Shown here piece after piece: positions 60,387 to 64,000 of a stretch of DNA of 64,000 nt (positions within the stretch are counted from its first letter, which is position 1; each line of letters begins with the position of its first letter). This DNA comes from an uncultured Bacteroidota bacterium (GTDB lineage Bacteria > Bacteroidota > Bacteroidia > Flavobacteriales > Flavobacteriaceae). Made by a program: the position numbers and the translations under genes. The notes under the pieces were generated by a model. That model ran no database searches. It was not told where the DNA came from and saw nothing but the letters and a program-made list of their open reading frames with translations. The stretch lies in NCBI GenBank assembly GCA_902510655.1, contig CABXBY010000001.1:29398-93397 (forward strand). The letters are read 5' to 3'.

Positions 60387-62720
60387 TTATTTGCCATCAT
60401 ATGATAATGAAAATGGTCTAGATGAATTATCGACTCCAAAATTTTTGTTTGGAGTTTTAGTCATATTAAAATTTAAAGTTCCACCATTTATAATGTCATT
60501 GTAGTCAATCCATGTTTTATTATAATTATAACCATTTAATTTTAATGATTCAATATAATGACTGTCATAGTTATTATTTTCAGAATTTATTGTAAATGTA
60601 TTCCCATTTTCCAAATTCATTGTAACCTTCTCAAAAAGTGGACTACCAAAAACATATTGAGGTACGCCCGGCGTAACAGGGTAAAATCCTAATGCGCTAA
60701 AAACATACCAAGCAGATGTTTGACCATTGTCTTCATCTCCGCAATATCCATCAGGAGTTGCTGAATAAAGCTTCTTCATTACATCTCTTACTTTATTTTG
60801 TGCTTTCCAGGGTTGTTTAGCATAATTATAAAGATAGATCATGTGTTGTATCGGTTGATTTCCATGTGCATAATTTCCCATATTTACAATTTGCATTTCT
60901 CTAATTTCGTGAATAGTAAATCCGTAATAAGAATCATCAAATTTTGGAGGCATTGTAAATACTGAATCTAACTTATCAGTGAATTCTAAATCTCCTCCCA
61001 TTAAATCAATAAGACCTTGGATATCATGAAATACTGACCATGAATAATGTAAACTATTTCCTTCGGTAAAAGCATCTCCCCATTTTAGCGGATTAAAAGG
61101 GGATTGAAATGATCCGTCTTCATTCTTTCCTCTCATCCATTTAGTTTCTGGATCAAAAAGATTTGTATAGTTCATAGATTGCCTTAAAAATCGTTTTGAA
61201 ATTTCTGGTTTATTCATCTTTTTAGCCATTTGTGCAATTGTAAAATCTGCATAAGCATATTCAAGCGATCTAGCTGCATTTTCATTAATTCCAACGTCAT
61301 AAGGTACATATCCTAACATATTGTAATAATCTACACCCTCTCTTCCTACTGATTTTGCTGGACGACCTTCGTTTATATCAGCATTTTTTATTACTGCTTC
61401 TAAAAGAATTTTTTCATCTTTTTCGTTCATATTTCCTTTTAAATAAGCATCAGCAATAATTGGTGCAGAGTTAGAACCAATCATAATATCTCTATGACCT
61501 GGACTTGCCCACTCAGGTAACCAACCTGATTCTTTATAAGTATTAGCTAAGCCTTCCATAATCTGTTTATTTAGTTCAGGGTACATTAAGTTAAAAAACG
61601 GAAAGACAGCTCTAAAAGTATCCCAAAAACCATTATCTGTAAACATATATCCAGGCAAAACTTCCCCATTGTAAGGGCTGTAGTGGACTACTTGACCAGA
61701 TTTGTCAATTTCATAAAATTTTCTTGGGAATAATAAAAGTCTATAAAGACAAGAATAAAATGTACGAATATTATCAAGATTTTCGTCCTCAACTAATAAT
61801 CTTTGAAATTCATTTTCCCAGGAAGATTTAGCTTCTGATTTAACTTCATTAAATGATTTTTTTCCAATTTCCTGTTGAAGATTTAATTCCGCTTGTTCTA
61901 AGCTAATAAATGAAGAAGCCACCTTTACATTAATTTCCTCACCTAATTTAGTTTCAAACCCTATAATTGCTCCTACATGAAATCCCTCACTATCTGTATT
62001 ATCTTCTAATAGTTTCCAATTATCATCCCAGGTGTGATTCAATTTAAAATCTTTATCAAATACCGCTACAAAATAATTATGAAAATTATCAGGAACTCCT
62101 CCATTATTATTTTTACAGTAACCAATAATTTTTCTTTCTTCTGGGATTATTTTTACCATTGAACCCTTATCAAAAGCATCTAAAACAATATAAGAATTAT
62201 CATTTTCAGGAAAAGTAAATCTAAACATTGCTGCCCTCTCTGTTGGTGCAACTTCTGCTGTAACATCGTAGTCTGCTAAATAAGTTTTATAAAAATATGG
62301 TCTAGCCTCTTCAGCTTTGTGTGAAAACCATGAAGCTCTTTCATCTTCTTGAAATTTTAATTCGCCTGTTACAGCCATTAAAGAAAAAGAAGCATAGTCA
62401 TTAAGCCAAGGACTTGGCTGATGCGTTTGTTTTATTCCTCTAATAGTTTCATCATCATATTTATAAGCCCATCCATCTCCCATTTTAGCAGTCTGGGGTG
62501 TCCAAAAATTCATTGCCCACGGAGTTGCGATAGCTGGATATGTATTCCCATTTGATAGACTAAATTTAGAATCCGTGCCCATCAAAGGATTGACTAAATC
62601 AACCAAACTAGAATATTGCTCATTGTTAAATGAGTTGTTAATTTTTTCTTTTTTATCGGAACAAGAATATATTGATAGAATTAAAATTGATGTTAATAGA
62701 ATTTGAAAATGCTTTGTCAT
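60387..62720 (-). CDS. Glycoside hydrolase family 92 (alpha-mannosidase-like), lipoprotein
   Basis: 777 aa. VNPLMGTDS, GNTYPAIATPWAMNFWTPQT and CGDEDNGQTSAWYVFSALGFYP are classic GH92 motifs. Confidence 0.85.
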   Translation of the reverse strand: MTKHFQILLTSILILSIYSCSDKKEKINNSFNNEQYSSLVDLVNPLMGTDSKFSLSNGNTYPAIATPWAMNFWTPQTAKMGDGWAYKYDDETIRGIKQTHQPSPWLNDYASFSLMAVTGELKFQEDERASWFSHKAEEARPYFYKTYLADYDVTAEVAPTERAAMFRFTFPENDNSYIVLDAFDKGSMVKIIPEERKIIGYCKNNNGGVPDNFHNYFVAVFDKDFKLNHTWDDNWKLLEDNTDSEGFHVGAIIGFETKLGEEINVKVASSFISLEQAELNLQQEIGKKSFNEVKSEAKSSWENEFQRLLVEDENLDNIRTFYSCLYRLLLFPRKFYEIDKSGQVVHYSPYNGEVLPGYMFTDNGFWDTFRAVFPFFNLMYPELNKQIMEGLANTYKESGWLPEWASPGHRDIMIGSNSAPIIADAYLKGNMNEKDEKILLEAVIKNADINEGRPAKSVGREGVDYYNMLGYVPYDVGINENAARSLEYAYADFTIAQMAKKMNKPEISKRFLRQSMNYTNLFDPETKWMRGKNEDGSFQSPFNPLKWGDAFTEGNSLHYSWSVFHDIQGLIDLMGGDLEFTDKLDSVFTMPPKFDDSYYGFTIHEIREMQIVNMGNYAHGNQPIQHMIYLYNYAKQPWKAQNKVRDVMKKLYSATPDGYCGDEDNGQTSAWYVFSALGFYPVTPGVPQYVFGSPLFEKVTMNLENGNTFTINSENNNYDSHYIESLKLNGYNYNKTWIDYNDIINGGTLNFNMTKTPNKNFGVDNSSRPFSLSYDGK

Positions 62721-62792
62721 AATAATTGATTTTTTTAAAACGTTTGGAGTAAGTTTTAAAGTAAAAGTGATTTCTATTTTTGTTAATTAGAT

Positions 62793-62830
62793 AAAAAAAT
62801 TACTCTCCAATATTATTGAAGAGTAATTTT
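62793..62830 (-). terminator. Intrinsic terminator between the SusD-like gene and GH92
   Basis: The minus strand reads AAAATTACTCT-(13 nt loop)-AGAGTAATTTT followed by further T residues. The A-tract on the 5' side makes it potentially bidirectional. Confidence 0.5.
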
Positions 62831-62877
62831 ATCCAAAATATTAACTCAAACAAAAACTTTATTAATCTTCAACCTTT

Positions 62878-64000
62878 TTAATAACCTGGGTTTTGTACTA
62901 AATTTGGATTGATATCTAAATCTCTTTGAGGAATTGGTAAATACAATTGATCTACACTAGTAGGATTTTTACCTAAGTTATTTCCACCTGTATCAGTAAG
63001 TCCTTTTAAGTAAGTTACAAGACCTTCTTCCCCGTAGTAACGTTTTAAATCCCAGAATCTTTGACCTTCCATTGCTAACTCTAATCTTCGTTCTTTTAAA
63101 ATAGCCAATGCAACTTCAGATTGAGATGCTGCTGTAGTTGGGGCAAGTTTAACTCTCGCACGAACTTGGTTAAGATAAGTTATTGCTTGTGCAGTTTGAC
63201 CTATTTGATTAAGAGCTTCTGCTCTAAGCAATATGATATCTGAATAACGCATTAATAATATATTCCAACGACCTGAAAACCCATCCCAATGTCTTCCATT
63301 TTTATAAGTATGTGAAACTGGTTCAGTTGGGTCAGCAAATCCAAGAGGAGGATCTGACATTAAAGATCTATCAGTTACAGTAAGAGTTGATGACCATTTT
63401 CTTATTGAATCTCCCATTTCATCAAAAGCTTCGATAAGCTCATGATTGAGTACATTAAATCTAGGAAAAGCCCAACCAACTCCCTCTCCTGGTTTGTCAG
63501 CTTCATGAATTGTTAAATCTCCCGGAGGAAGCATTTGTGCTGGATGATATGTACCAGTCATTGTGCTAGCAACATGTTGAAGTTCAAAAATTGATTCAGT
63601 TGTATTTTGATGATTACCGTCCCATAAGTGATCGTATGTATCCACTAAAGAATAAACACCACTGTCCATAACCTTACCTGCATATTCTGCTGCTTTTGCA
63701 TAATCTCCAGTTTCTACATATACTTTTGCTAAAAGTGATTGAGCAGATCCTTTTGTTCCCCTAGAACTTGTTAAAAATCGATTTGCATGTTCTGTAGGTA
63801 AATAACTTTCAGCCAGTTCTAAATCTTTTACAATTTGAGCATAGACCTCAACTTCAGGACTTTTCGCTGGAAGCAAGTCACCATCTTGTGATAAAATTAA
63901 TGGAACATCTCTGTACTGTCTAGCTAAGTGATAGTAATGAAAAGCTCTTAAAAAATAAGCTTGTCCTAAAATATTTTTTCTTTCAGAATCGGAAAAATTA
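62878..64000 (-). CDS. SusD/RagB-family nutrient-binding outer-membrane lipoprotein, C-terminal part (N-terminus beyond the window)
   Basis: The frame stays open upstream of the track's TTG to the window edge (…NILGQAYFLRAFHYYHLARQYRDVPLIL…). TPR-like SusD motifs are present and the protein ends in QNPGY. Confidence 0.85.
   Translation of the reverse strand, partial: NFSDSERKNILGQAYFLRAFHYYHLARQYRDVPLILSQDGDLLPAKSPEVEVYAQIVKDLELAESYLPTEHANRFLTSSRGTKGSAQSLLAKVYVETGDYAKAAEYAGKVMDSGVYSLVDTYDHLWDGNHQNTTESIFELQHVASTMTGTYHPAQMLPPGDLTIHEADKPGEGVGWAFPRFNVLNHELIEAFDEMGDSIRKWSSTLTVTDRSLMSDPPLGFADPTEPVSHTYKNGRHWDGFSGRWNILLMRYSDIILLRAEALNQIGQTAQAITYLNQVRARVKLAPTTAASQSEVALAILKERRLELAMEGQRFWDLKRYYGEEGLVTYLKGLTDTGGNNLGKNPTSVDQLYLPIPQRDLDINPNLVQNPGY

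Overview
Strongly AT-rich, very gene-dense chromosomal segment; many genes abut or overlap. All calls rest on motif recognition in the supplied translations and on reading the DNA by eye, with no database search. It looks like a streamlined Flavobacteriia (Bacteroidota) genome: TAnnTTTG -7 promoter boxes, SusD/GH92 polysaccharide-utilisation genes, and a Bacteroidota-type arginine operon with an ArgF'-like carbamoyltransferase. Positions 1-50.7 kb are core housekeeping: pheT, ABC-F ATPase, fsa, SRP RNA, glyA, smpB, pcm, miaA, purC, phoH, dnaN, ilvD-B-N-C, dsbD-tilS-pabB, a 9-gene arg/proC operon, lpdA, nhaC, ftsK-lolA-lptFG-ribBA and tauE. Because spacers are so short, the few long ones stand out, and each holds something: SRP RNA (6.3 kb), a possible ilv leader (25.1 kb), and a GC-rich patch upstream of the arg operon (32.5 kb). 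tRNA-Ser(UGA) at 50.7 kb opens an ~8.3 kb accessory stretch that three direct copies of a ~90-bp repeat divide into two cassettes. Cassette 1 (51.0-56.8 kb) has no housekeeping genes. It holds a small acidic orphan ORF and a translationally coupled pair (very acidic protein plus HNH nuclease). Divergent from that pair is a tightly coupled four-gene operon: CBS-pair/HEPN (RNDLLH), NT5C-type 5'(3')-deoxyribonucleotidase, an unknown protein, and a Cas4-like PD-(D/E)xK plus DEDDy-like exonuclease fusion (DUF2779-like). I consider this a candidate uncharacterised defence or conflict system and the most interesting part of the window. Cassette 2 (56.9-58.9 kb) carries an SMP-30/gluconolactonase-family gene and a proline-iminopeptidase-like hydrolase. 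The window ends in a polysaccharide-utilisation locus (FucP-family permease, GH92, SusD). No integrase, transposase, CRISPR array or rRNA was seen.
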